Assembly (NCBI GenBank): GCA_964016885.1
Contig: OZ024742.1
Coordinates: forward strand, 337,528,001-337,592,000
DNA length: 64,000 bases
Source: Eledone cirrhosa
Taxonomy: Eukaryota
Reading direction: 5' to 3'
The notes beneath the pieces were generated by a model. The model had not been told where the DNA came from, searched no databases, and was given only the letters and a program-made list of their open reading frames with translations. Positions within the stretch are counted from its first letter, which is position 1, and every line of letters begins with the position of its first letter. Of the stretch, positions 15,001 through 28,152 are shown piece by piece. The position numbers and the translations under genes are program-made.

Positions 15001-18000
15001 GCTAGTCATGGTCCAGTAGACACTATATATGTGAAGACTAGACATTGTCAGCTAGTCATGGTCCAGAAGACACTATATATGTGAAGACCAGACATTGTCA
15101 GCTAGTCATGGTCCAGTAGACACTATATATGTGAAGACCAGACATTGTCAGCTAGTCATGGTCCAGTAGACACTATATATGTGAAGACTAGACATTGTCA
15201 GCTAGTCATGGTCCAGTAGACACTATATATGTGAAGACCAGACATTGTCAGCTAGTCATGGTCCAGTAGACACTATATATGTGAAGACCAGACATTGTCA
15301 GCTAGTCATGGTCTAGTAGACACTATATATGTGAAGAGTAGACATTGTCAGCTAGTCATGGTCCAGAACACACTATATATGTGAAGACCAGACATTGTCA
15401 GCTAGTCATGGTCCAGAAGACACTATGTATGTGAAGACTAGACATTGTCAGCTAGTCATGGTCCAGTAGACACTATATATGTGAAGACCAGACATTGTCA
15501 GCTAGTCATGGTCCAGAAGACACTATATATGTGAAGACTAGACATTGTCAGCTAGTCATGGTCCAGTAGACACTATATATGTGAAGACTAGACATTGTCA
15601 GCTAGTCATGGTCCAGTAGACACTATATATGTGAAGACCAGACATTGTCAGCTAGTCATGGTCCAGTAGACACTATATATGTGAAGACTAGACATTGTCA
15701 GCTAGTCATGGTCCAGAACACACTATGTATGTGAAGACTAGACATTGTCAGCTACTCATGGTCCAGCAGACACTATGTATGTGAAGACTAGACATTGTCA
15801 GCTAGTCATGGTCCAGTAGACACTATATATGTGAAGACCAGACATTGTCAGCTAGTCATGGTCCAGCAGACACTATATATGTGAAGACTAGACATTGTCA
15901 GCTAGTCATGGTCCAGAACACACTATGTATGTGAAGACCAGACATTGTCAGCTAGTCATGGTCCAGTAGACACTATATATGTGAAGACCAGACATTGTCA
16001 GCTAGTCATGGTCTAGTAGACACTATATATGTGAAGACCAGACATTGTCAGCTAGTCATGGTCCAGAAGACACTATATATGTGAAGACCAGACATTGTCA
16101 GCTAGTCATGGTCTAGTAGACACTATATACGTGAAGACCAGACATTGTCAGCTAGTTATGGTCCAGAACACACTATATATGTGAAGACTAGACATTGTCA
16201 GCTAGTCATGGTCCAGTAGACACTATATATGTGAAGACCAGACATTGTCAGCTAGTCATGGTCCAGAACACACTATATATGTGAAGACCAGACATTGTCA
16301 GCTAGTCATGGTCCAGAAGACACTATATATGTGAAGACCAGACATTGTCAGCTAGTCATGGTCCAGTAGACACTATATATGTGAAGACCAGACATTGTCA
16401 GCTAGTCATGGTCTAGTAGACACTATATATGTGAAGACCAGACATTGTCAGCTAGTCATGGTCCAGAAGACACTATATATGTGAAGACCAGACATTGCCA
16501 GCCAGTCATGGTCTAGTAGACACTATATATGTGAAGACCAGACATTGTCAGCTAGTCATGGTCCAGAACACACTATATATGTGAAGACTAGACATTGTCA
16601 GCTAGTCATGGTCCAGTAGACACTATATATGTGAAGACCAGACATTGTCAGCTAGTCATGGTCCAGAACACACTATATATGTGAAGACCAGACGTTGTCA
16701 GCTAGTCATGGTCCAGAAGACACTATATATGTGAAGACCAGACATTGTCAGCTAGTCATGGTCCAGTAGACACTATATATGTGAAGACCAGACATTGTCA
16801 GATAGTCATGGTCTAGTAGACACTATATATGTGAAGACTAGACATTGTCAGCTAGTCATGGTCCAGAACACACTATATATGTGAAGACCAGACATTGTCA
16901 GCTAGTCATGGTCCAGAAGACACTATGTATGTGAAGACTAGACATTGTCAGCTAGTCATGGTCCAGTAGACACTATATATGTGAAGACCAGACATTGTCA
17001 GCTAGTCATGGTCCAGAAGACACTATATATGTGAAGACTAGACATTGTCAGCTAGTCATGGTCCAGTAGACACTATATATGTGAAGACTAGACATTGTCA
17101 GCTAGTCATGGTCCAGTAGACACTATATATGTGAAGACTAGACATTGTCAGCTAGTCATGGTCCAGTAGACACTATATGTGTGAAGACCAGACATTGTCA
17201 GCTAGTCATGGTCCAGAAGACACTATATATGTGAAGACCAGACATTGTCAGCTAGTCATGGTCCAGTAGACACTATATATGTGAAGACCAGACATTGTCA
17301 GCTAGTCATGGTCCAGTAGACACTATATATGTGAAGACTAGACATTGTCAGCTAGTCATGGTCCAGTAGACACTATATATGTGAAGACCAGACATTGTCA
17401 GCTAGTCATGGTCCAGTAGACACTATATATGTGAAGACTAGACATTGTCAGCTAGTCATGGTCCAGAACACACTATGTATGTGAAGACTAGACATTGTCA
17501 GCTAGTCATGGTCCAGCAGACACTATGTATGTGAAGACTAGACATTGTCAGCTAGTCATGGTCCAGCAGACACTATATATGTGAAGACTAGACATTGTCA
17601 GCTAGTCATGGTCCAGAACACACTATGTATGTGAAGACTAGACATTGTGAGCTAGTCATGGTCCAGCAGACACTATGTATGTGAAGACTAGACATTGTCA
17701 GCTAGTCATGGTCCAGCAGACACTATATATGTGAAGACTAGACATTGTCAGCTAGTCATGGTCCAGTAGACACTATATATATGAAGACTAGACATTGTCA
17801 GCTAGTCATGGTCCAGAAGACACTATATGTGAAGACTAGACATTATCAGCTAGTCATGGTCCAGAAGACACTATATGTGTGAAGACCAGACATTGGCAGC
17901 TAGTCATGGTCCAGAAGACACTCTATATTCGAAGACTAGACATTGTCAGCTAGTCATGGTCCAGAAGACACTATATATGTGAAGACCAGACATTGTCAGC

Positions 18001-21000
18001 TAGTCATGGTCCAGTAGACACTATATATGTGAAGACCAGACATTGTCAGCTAGTCATGGTCCAGTAGACACTATATATGTGAAGACTAGACATTGTCAGC
18101 TAGTCATGGTCCAGTAGACACTATATATGTGAAGACCAGACATTGTCAGCTAGTCATGGTCCAGAAGACACTATATGTGTGAAGACCAGACATTGTCAGC
18201 TAGTCATGGTCCAGAAGACACTATATATGTGAAGACCAGACATTGTCAGCTAGTCATGGTCCAGTAGACACTATATATGTGAAGACCAGACATTGTCAGC
18301 TAGTCATGGTCCAGTAGACACTATATATGTGAAGACTAGACATTGTCAGCTAGTCATGGTCCAGTAGACACTATATATGTGAAGACCAGACATTGTCAGC
18401 TAGTCATGGTCCAGTAGACACTATATATGTGAAGACCAGACATTGTCAGCTAGTCATGGTCTAGTAGACACTATATATGTGAAGAGTAGACATTGTCAGC
18501 TAGTCATGGTCCAGAACACACTATATATGTGAAGACCAGACATTGTCAGCTAGTCATGGTCCAGAAGACACTATGTATGTGAAGACTAGACATTGTCAGC
18601 TAGTCATGGTCCAGTAGACACTATATATGTGAAGACCAGACATTGTCAGCTAGTCATGGTCCAGAAGACACTATATATGTGAAGACTAGACATTGTCAGC
18701 TAGTCATGGTCCAGTAGACACTATATATGTGAAGACTAGACATTGTCAGCTAGTCATGGTCCAGTAGACACTATATATGTGAAGACCAGACATTGTCAGC
18801 TAGTCATGGTCCAGTAGACACTATATATGTGAAGACTAGACATTGTCAGCTAGTCATGGTCCAGAACACACTATGTATGTGAAGACTAGACATTGTCAGC
18901 TACTCATGGTCCAGCAGACACTATGTATGTGAAGACTAGACATTGTCAGCTAGTCATGGTCCAGTAGACACTATATATGTGAAGACCAGACATTGTCAGC
19001 TAGTCATGGTCCAGCAGACACTATATATGTGAAGACTAGACATTGTCAGCTAGTCATGGTCCAGAACACACTATGTATGTGAAGACCAGACATTGTCAGC
19101 TAGTCATGGTCCAGTAGACACTATATATGTGAAGACCAGACATTGTCAGCTAGTCATGGTCTAGTAGACACTATATATGTGAAGACCAGACATTGTCAGC
19201 TAGTCATGGTCCAGAAGACACTATATATGTGAAGACCAGACATTGTCAGCTAGTCATGGTCTAGTAGACACTATATACGTGAAGACCAGACATTGTCAGC
19301 TAGTCATGGTCCAGAACACACTATATATGTGAAGACTAGACATTGTCAGCTAGTCATGGTCCAGTAGACACTATATATGTGAAGACCAGACATTGTCAGC
19401 TAGTCATGGTCCAGAACACACTATATATGTGAAGACCAGACATTGTCAGCTAGTCATGGTCCAGAAGACACTATATATGTGAAGACCAGACATTGTCAGC
19501 TAGTCATGGTCCAGAAGACACTATATATGTGAAGACCAGACATTGTCAGCTAGTCATGGTCCAGTAGACACTATATATGTGAAGACCAGACATTGTCAGC
19601 TAGTCATGGTCCAGTAGACACTATATATGTGAAGACTAGACATTGTCAGCTAGTCATGGTCCAGTAGACACTATATATGTGAAGACCAGACATTGTCAGC
19701 TAGTCATGGTCCAGTAGACACTATATATGTGAAGACCAGACATTGTCAGCTAGTCATGGTCTAGTAGACACTATATATGTGAAGAGTAGACATTGTCAGC
19801 TAGTCATGGTCCAGAACACACTATATATGTGAAGACCAGACATTGTCAGCTAGTCATGGTCCAGAAGACACTATGTATGTGAAGACTAGACATTGTCAGC
19901 TAGTCATGGTCCAGTAGACACTATATATGTGAAGACCAGACATTGTCAGCTAGTCATGGTCCAGAAGACACTATATATGTGAAGACTAGACATTGTCAGC
20001 TAGTCATGGTCCAGTAGACACTATATATGTGAAGACTAGACATTGTCAGCTAGTCATGGTCCAGTAGACACTATATATGTGAAGACCAGACATTGTCAGC
20101 TAGTCATGGTCCAGTAGACACTATATATGTGAAGACTAGACATTGTCAGCTAGTCATGGTCCAGAACACACTATGTATGTGAAGACTAGACATTGTCAGC
20201 TACTCATGGTCCAGCAGACACTATGTATGTGAAGACTAGACATTGTCAGCTAGTCATGGTCCAGTAGACACTATATATGTGAAGACCAGACATTGTCAGC
20301 TAGTCATGGTCCAGCAGACACTATATATGTGAAGACTAGACATTGTCAGCTAGTCATGGTCCAGAACACACTATGTATGTGAAGACCAGACATTGTCAGC
20401 TAGTCATGGTCTAGTAGACACTATATATGTGAAGACTAGACATTGTCAGCTAGTCATGGTCCAGAACACACTATATATGTGAAGACCAGACATTGTCAGC
20501 TAGTCATGGTCCGGAAGACACTATGTATGTGAAGACTAGACATTGTCAGCTAGTCATGGTCCAGTAGACACTATATATGTGAAGACCAGACATTGTCAGC
20601 TAGTCATGGTCCAGAAGACACTATATATGTGAAGACTAGACATTGTCAGCTAGTCATGGTCCAGTAGACACTATATATGTGAAGACTATACATTGTCAGC
20701 TAGTCATGGTCCAGTAGACACTATATATGTGAAGACTAGACATTGTCAGCTAGTCATGGTCCAGTAGACACTATATGTGTGAAGACCAGACATTGTCAGC
20801 TAGTCATGGTCCAGAAGACACTATATATGTGAAGACCAGACATTGTCAGCTAGCCATGGTCCAGTAGACACTATATATGTGAAGACCAGACATTGTCAGC
20901 TAGTCATGGTCCAGTAGACACTATATATGTGAAGACTAGACATTGTCAGCTAGTCATGGTCCAGTAGACACTATATATGTGAAGACCAGACATTGTCAGC

Positions 21001-24000
21001 TAGTCATGGTCCAGTAGACACTATATATGTGAAGACTAGACATTGTCAGCTAGTCATGGTCCAGAACACACTATGTATGTGAAGACTAGACATTGTCAGC
21101 TAGTCATGGTCCAGCAGACACTATGTATGTGAAGACTAGACATTGTCAGCTAGTCATGGTCCAGCAGACACTATATATGTGAAGACTAGACATTGTCAGC
21201 TAGTCATGGTCCAGTAGACACTATATATATGAAGACTAGACATTGTCAGCTAGTCATGGTCCAGAAGACACTATATGTGAAGACTAGACATCGTCAGCTA
21301 GTCATGGTCCAGAAGACACTATATGTGTGAAGACCAGACATTGGCAGCTAGTCATGGTCCAGAAGACACTATATATTCGAAGACTAGACATTGTCAGCTA
21401 GTCATGGTCCAGAAGACACTATATATGTGAAGACCAGACATTGTCAGCTAGTCATGGTCCAGAAGACAATATATATGTGAAGACTAGACATTGTCAGCTA
21501 GTCATGGTCCAGAAGACACTATATATGTGAAGACCAGACATTGTCAGCTAGTCATGGTCCAGTAGACACTATATATGTGAAGACCAGACATTGTCAGCTA
21601 GTCATGGTCCAGTAGACACTATATATGTGAAGACTAGACATTGTCAGCTAGTCATGGTCCAGTAGACACTATATATGTGAAGACCAGACATTGTCAGCTA
21701 GTCATGGTCCAGTAGACACTATATATGTGAAGACTAGACATTGTCAGCTAGTCATGGTCCAGAAGACACTATATATGTGAAGACCAGACATTGTCAGCTA
21801 GTCATGGTCCAGTAGACACTATATATGTGAAGACCAGACATTGTCAGCTAGTCATGGTCCAGTAGACACTATATATGTGAAGACTAGACATTGTCAGCTA
21901 GTCATGGTCCAGTAGACACTATATATGTGAAGACCAGACATTGTCAGCTAGTCATGGTCCAGTAGACACTATATATGTGAAGACCAGACATTGTCAGCTA
22001 GTCATGGTCTAGTAGACACTATATATGTGAAGAGTAGACATTGTCAGCTAGTCATGGTCCAGAACACACTATATATGTGAAGACCAGACATTGTCAGCTA
22101 GTCATGGTCCAGAAGACACTATGTATGTGAAGACTAGACATTGTCAGCTAGTCATGGTCCAGTAGACACTATATATGTGAAGACCAGACATTGTCAGCTA
22201 GTCATGGTCCAGAAGACACTATATATGTGAAGACTAGACATTGTCAGCTAGTCATGGTCCAGTAGACACTATATATGTGAAGACTAGACATTGTCAGCTA
22301 GTCATGGTCCAGTAGACACTATATATGTGAAGACCAGACATTGTCAGCTAGTCATGGTCCAGTAGACACTATATATGTGAAGACTAGACATTGTCAGCTA
22401 GTCATGGTCCAGAACACACTATGTATGTGAAGACTAGACATTGTCAGCTACTCATGGTCCAGCAGACACTATGTATGTGAAGACTAGACATTGTCAGCTA
22501 GTCATGGTCCAGTAGACACTATATATGTGAAGACCAGACATTGTCAGCTAGTCATGGTCCAGCAGACACTATATATGTGAAGACTAGACATTGTCAGCTA
22601 GTCATGGTCCAGAACACACTATGTATGTGAAGACCAGACATTGTCAGCTAGTCATGGTCCAGTAGACACTATATATGTGAAGACCAGACATTGTCAGCTA
22701 GTCATGGTCTAGTAGACACTATATATGTGAAGACCAGACATTGTCAGCTAGTCATGGTCCAGAAGACACTATATATGTGAAGACCAGACATTGTCAGCTA
22801 GTCATGGTCTAGTAGACACTATATACGTGAAGACCAGACATTGTCAGCTAGTTATGGTCCAGAACACACTATATATGTGAAGACTAGACATTGTCAGCTA
22901 GTCATGGTCCAGTAGACACTATATATGTGAAGACCAGACATTGTCAGCTAGTCATGGTCCAGAACACACTATATATGTGAAGACCAGACATTGTCAGCTA
23001 GTCATGGTCCAGAAGACACTATATATGTGAAGACCAGACATTGTCAGCTAGTCATGGTCCAGTAGACACTATATATGTGAAGACCAGACATTGTCAGCTA
23101 GTCATGGTCTAGTAGACACTATATATGTGAAGACCAGACATTGTCAGCTAGTCATGGTCCAGAAGACACTATATATGTGAAGACCAGACATTGCCAGCCA
23201 GTCATGGTCTAGTAGACACTATATATGTGAAGACCAGACATTGTCAGCTAGTCATGGTCCAGAACACACTATATATGTGAAGACTAGACATTGTCAGCTA
23301 GTCATGGTCCAGTAGACACTATATATGTGAAGACCAGACATTGTCAGCTAGTCATGGTCCAGAACACACTATATATGTGAAGACCAGACGTTGTCAGCTA
23401 GTCATGGTCCAGAAGACACTATATATGTGAAGACCAGACATTGTCAGCTAGTCATGGTCCAGTAGACACTATATATGTGAAGACCAGACATTGTCAGATA
23501 GTCATGGTCTAGTAGACACTATATATGTGAAGACTAGACATTGTCAGCTAGTCATGGTCCAGAACACACTATATATGTGAAGACCAGACATTGTCAGCTA
23601 GTCATGGTCCAGAAGACACTATGTATGTGAAGACTAGACATTGTCAGCTAGTCATGGTCCAGTAGACACTATATATGTGAAGACCAGACATTGTCAGCTA
23701 GTCATGGTCCAGAAGACACTATATATGTGAAGACTAGACATTGTCAGCTAGTCATGGTCCAGTAGACACTATATATGTGAAGACTAGACATTGTCAGCTA
23801 GTCATGGTCCAGTAGACACTATATATGTGAAGACTAGACATTGTCAGCTAGTCATGGTCCAGTAGACACTATATGTGTGAAGACCAGACATTGTCAGCTA
23901 GTCATGGTCCAGAAGACACTATATATGTGAAGACCAGACATTGTCAGCTAGTCATGGTCCAGTAGACACTATATATGTGAAGACCAGACATTGTCAGCTA

Positions 24001-27000
24001 GTCATGGTCCAGTAGACACTATATATGTGAAGACTAGACATTGTCAGCTAGTCATGGTCCAGTAGACACTATATATGTGAAGACCAGACATTGTCAGCTA
24101 GTCATGGTCCAGTAGACACTATATATGTGAAGACTAGACATTGTCAGCTAGTCATGGTCCAGAACACACTATGTATGTGAAGACTAGACATTGTCAGCTA
24201 GTCATGGTCCAGCAGACACTATGTATGTGAAGACTAGACATTGTCAGCTAGTCATGGTCCAGCAGACACTATATATGTGAAGACTAGACATTGTCAGCTA
24301 GTCATGGTCCAGAACACACTATGCATGTGAAGACTAGACATTGTCAGCTAGTCATGGTCCAGCAGACACTATGTATGTGAAGACTAGACATTGTCAGCTA
24401 GTCATGGTCCAGCAGACACTATATATGTGAAGACTAGACATTGTCAGCTAGTCATGGTCCAGTAGACACTATATATATGAAGACTAGACATTGTCAGCTA
24501 GTCATGGTCCAGAAGACACTATATGTGAAGACTAGACATTATCAGCTAGTCATGGTCCAGAAGACACTATATGTGTGAAGACCAGACATTGGCAGCTAGT
24601 CATGGTCCAGAAGACACTCTATATTCGAAGACTAGACATTGTCAGCTAGTCATGGTCCAGAAGACACTATATATGTGAAGACCAGACATTGTCAGCTAGT
24701 CATGGTCCAGTAGACACTATATATGTGAAGACCAGACATTGTCAGCTAGTCATGGTCCAGTAGACACTATATATGTGAAGACTAGACATTGTCAGCTAGT
24801 CATGGTCCAGTAGACACTATATATGTGAAGACCAGACATTGTCAGCTAGTCATGGTCCAGAAGACACTATATGTGTGAAGACCAGACATTGTCAGCTAGT
24901 CATGGTCCAGAAGACACTATATATGTGAAGACCAGACATTGTCAGCTAGTCATGGTCCAGTAGACACTATATATGTGAAGACCAGACATTGTCAGCTAGT
25001 CATGGTCCAGTAGACACTATATATGTGAAGACTAGACATTGTCAGCTAGTCATGGTCCAGTAGACACTATATATGTGAAGACCAGACATTGTCAGCTAGT
25101 CATGGTCCAGTAGACACTATATATGTGAAGACCAGACATTGTCAGCTAGTCATGGTCTAGTAGACACTATATATGTGAAGAGTAGACATTGTCAGCTAGT
25201 CATGGTCCAGAACACACTATATATGTGAAGACCAGACATTGTCAGCTAGTCATGGTCCAGAAGACACTATGTATGTGAAGACTAGACATTGTCAGCTAGT
25301 CATGGTCCAGTAGACACTATATATGTGAAGACCAGACATTGTCAGCTAGTCATGGTCCAGAAGACACTATATATGTGAAGACTAGACATTGTCAGCTAGT
25401 CATGGTCCAGTAGACACTATATATGTGAAGACTAGACATTGTCAGCTAGTCATGGTCCAGTAGACACTATATATGTGAAGACCAGACATTGTCAGCTAGT
25501 CATGGTCCAGTAGACACTATATATGTGAAGACTAGACATTGTCAGCTAGTCATGGTCCAGAACACACTATGTATGTGAAGACTAGACATTGTCAGCTACT
25601 CATGGTCCAGCAGACACTATGTATGTGAAGACTAGACATTGTCAGCTAGTCATGGTCCAGTAGACACTATATATGTGAAGACCAGACATTGTCAGCTAGT
25701 CATGGTCCAGCAGACACTATATATGTGAAGACTAGACATTGTCAGCTAGTCATGGTCCAGAACACACTATGTATGTGAAGACCAGACATTGTCAGCTAGT
25801 CATGGTCCAGTAGACACTATATATGTGAAGACCAGACATTGTCAGCTAGTCATGGTCTAGTAGACACTATATATGTGAAGACCAGACATTGTCAGCTAGT
25901 CATGGTCCAGAAGACACTATATATGTGAAGACCAGACATTGTCAGCTAGTCATGGTCTAGTAGACACTATATACGTGAAGACCAGACATTGTCAGCTAGT
26001 CATGGTCCAGAACACACTATATATGTGAAGACTAGACATTGTCAGCTAGTCATGGTCCAGTAGACACTATATATGTGAAGACCAGACATTGTCAGCTAGT
26101 CATGGTCCAGAACACACTATATATGTGAAGACCAGACATTGTCAGCTAGTCATGGTCCAGAAGACACTATATATGTGAAGACCAGACATTGTCAGCTAGT
26201 CATGGTCCAGTAGACACTATATATGTGAAGACCAGACATTGTCAGCTAGTCATGGTCTAGTAGACACTATATATGTGAAGACCAGACATTGTCAGCTAGT
26301 CATGGTCCAGAAGACACTATATATGTGAAGACCAGACATTGCCAGCCAGTCATGGTCTAGTAGACACTATATATGTGAAGACCAGACATTGTCAGCTAGT
26401 CATGGTCCAGAACACACTATATATGTGAAGACTAGACATTGTCAGCTAGTCATGGTCCAGTAGACACTATATATGTGAAGACCAGACATTGTCAGCTAGT
26501 CATGGTCCAGAACACACTATATATGTGAAGACCAGACGTTGTCAGCTAGTCATGGTCCAGAAGACACTATATATGTGAAGACCAGACATTGTCAGCTAGT
26601 CATGGTCCAGAAGACACTATGTATGTGAAGACTAGACATTGTCAGCTAGTCATGGTCCAGTAGACACTATATATGTGAAGACCAGACATTGTCAGCTAGT
26701 CATGGTCCAGAAGACACTATATATGTGAAGACTAGACATTGTCAGCTAGTCATGGTCCAGTAGACACTATATATGTGAAGACTAGACATTGTCAGCTAGT
26801 CATGGTCCAGTAGACACTATATATGTGAAGACTAGACATTGTCAGCTAGTCATGGTCCAGTAGACACTATATGTGTGAAGACCAGACATTGTCAGCTAGT
26901 CATGGTCCAGAAGACACTATATATGTGAAGACCAGACATTGTCAGCTAGTCATGGTCCAGTAGACACTATATATGTGAAGACCAGACATTGTCAGCTAGT

Positions 27001-27502
27001 CATGGTCCAGTAGACACTATATATGTGAAGACTAGACATTGTCAGCTAGTCATGGTCCAGTAGACACTATATATGTGAAGACCAGACATTGTCAGCTAGT
27101 CATGGTCCAGTAGACACTATATATGTGAAGACTAGACATTGTCAGCTAGTCATGGTCCAGTAGACACTATATATATGAAGACTAGACATTGTCAGCTAGT
27201 CATGGTCCAGAAGACACTATATGTGAAGACTAGACATTGTCAGCTAGTCATGGTCCAGAAGACACTATATGTGAAGACTAGACATTATCAGCTAGTCATG
27301 GTCCAGAAGACACTATATGTGTGAAGACCAGACATTGTCAGCTAGTCATGGTCCAGAAGACACTATATGTGAAGACTAGACATTATCAGCTAGTCATGGT
27401 CCAGTAGACACTATATGTGTGAAGACCAGACATTGTCAGCTAGTCATGGTCCAGAAGACACTATATATGTGAAGACCAGACATTGTCAGCTAGTCATGGT
27501 CC
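1..27502. repeat. 50-bp tandem satellite array (~550 monomers, open at left edge)
   Basis: Uninterrupted head-to-tail copies of GAAGACYAGACATTGTCAGCTAGTCATGGTCCAGHASACACTATRTATGT, with occasional 48-bp units (one TA lost). Ends abruptly at ...GTCATGGTCC 27502. Confidence 0.99.
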
Positions 27503-27609
27503 TAGGTGACTGTCACATGGAATCTCTCTCATGTATAGTGGTGTGACCCAACAAACAGAAACATGTGTACAGCCATATATATGTCTGGGGAGACATAGGC
27601 TTACACTCA

Positions 27610-27990
27610 TGCATGTGTGTGTGTATGTGTTGTATATATGTATGTAGGGGAGGACATAGATGTGTTTTCCTATATGTATGTTGAATATGTGTGTTTGTTG
27701 TATGTGTGTGTGTTGTAGGTGTGTGTGTGTGTTGGAGGTGTGTGTGTGTGTGTTGTAGGTGTGTGTGTGTGTGTTGTAGGTGTGTGTGTGTTGTAAGAGT
27801 GTGTAGTAGATGTGTATGTTGTATGTGTGTGTAGTAGGTGTATGTATGTGATAAATGTGCACATATATGTAAAGGTGAACATGTACAATATGCCTTCATA
27901 CATTTCATACATGTGTCTATGTTGTATGCGTTGTGAGTGTATGTGTGTATTTACGCGTGTTGTATGTATGTGTGTGGTGTGTTTGAATGT
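27610..27990. repeat. (TG)n/(TGTA)n-rich low-complexity microsatellite region
   Basis: Degenerate TG runs with repeated GTTGTAGG(TG)n blocks; explains the His/Thr-rich spurious ORFs. Confidence 0.9.
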
Positions 27991-28012
27991 ATATGAAATA
28001 AATCAATCTTAC

Positions 28013-28152
28013 CTTTAAGTTTAGCCAGGTGATTCATATTGATGTAGTTAACATCATCTTTGTGTGTACACAGTCTGGTAGCTTCAATACCATGTTGTTT
28101 ACTGTAAGAATTCACTGTATTCTTTAGAGTATCATTCACATAATCTGGACAC
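28013..28152 (-). CDS. PIF1: PIF1 coding exon 7 ([10 protein letters not shown]...[26 protein letters not shown])
   Basis: tttgccAG acceptor, AAG|GTAAG donor, 140 nt, phase 2 to phase 1; resembles the ATRLCTHxDDV segment of animal PIF1. Confidence 0.92.

Noticed and set aside
1-27502. CRISPR array
   Set aside because: Monomers are contiguous with no unique spacers, there are no cas genes, and the context is eukaryotic.
1-27502. Satellite-encoded hammerhead ribozyme or repetitive protein
   Set aside because: Neither strand has CUGANGA plus GAAA (only CUGACAA). A 50-bp unit cycles through frames and hits stops; the 27139-27324 ORF arises from 48-bp units.
27494-28018. His/Thr- and Cys/Val-rich ORFs (also 60679-61029)
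   Set aside because: These are translations of TG/CA/TA microsatellites.
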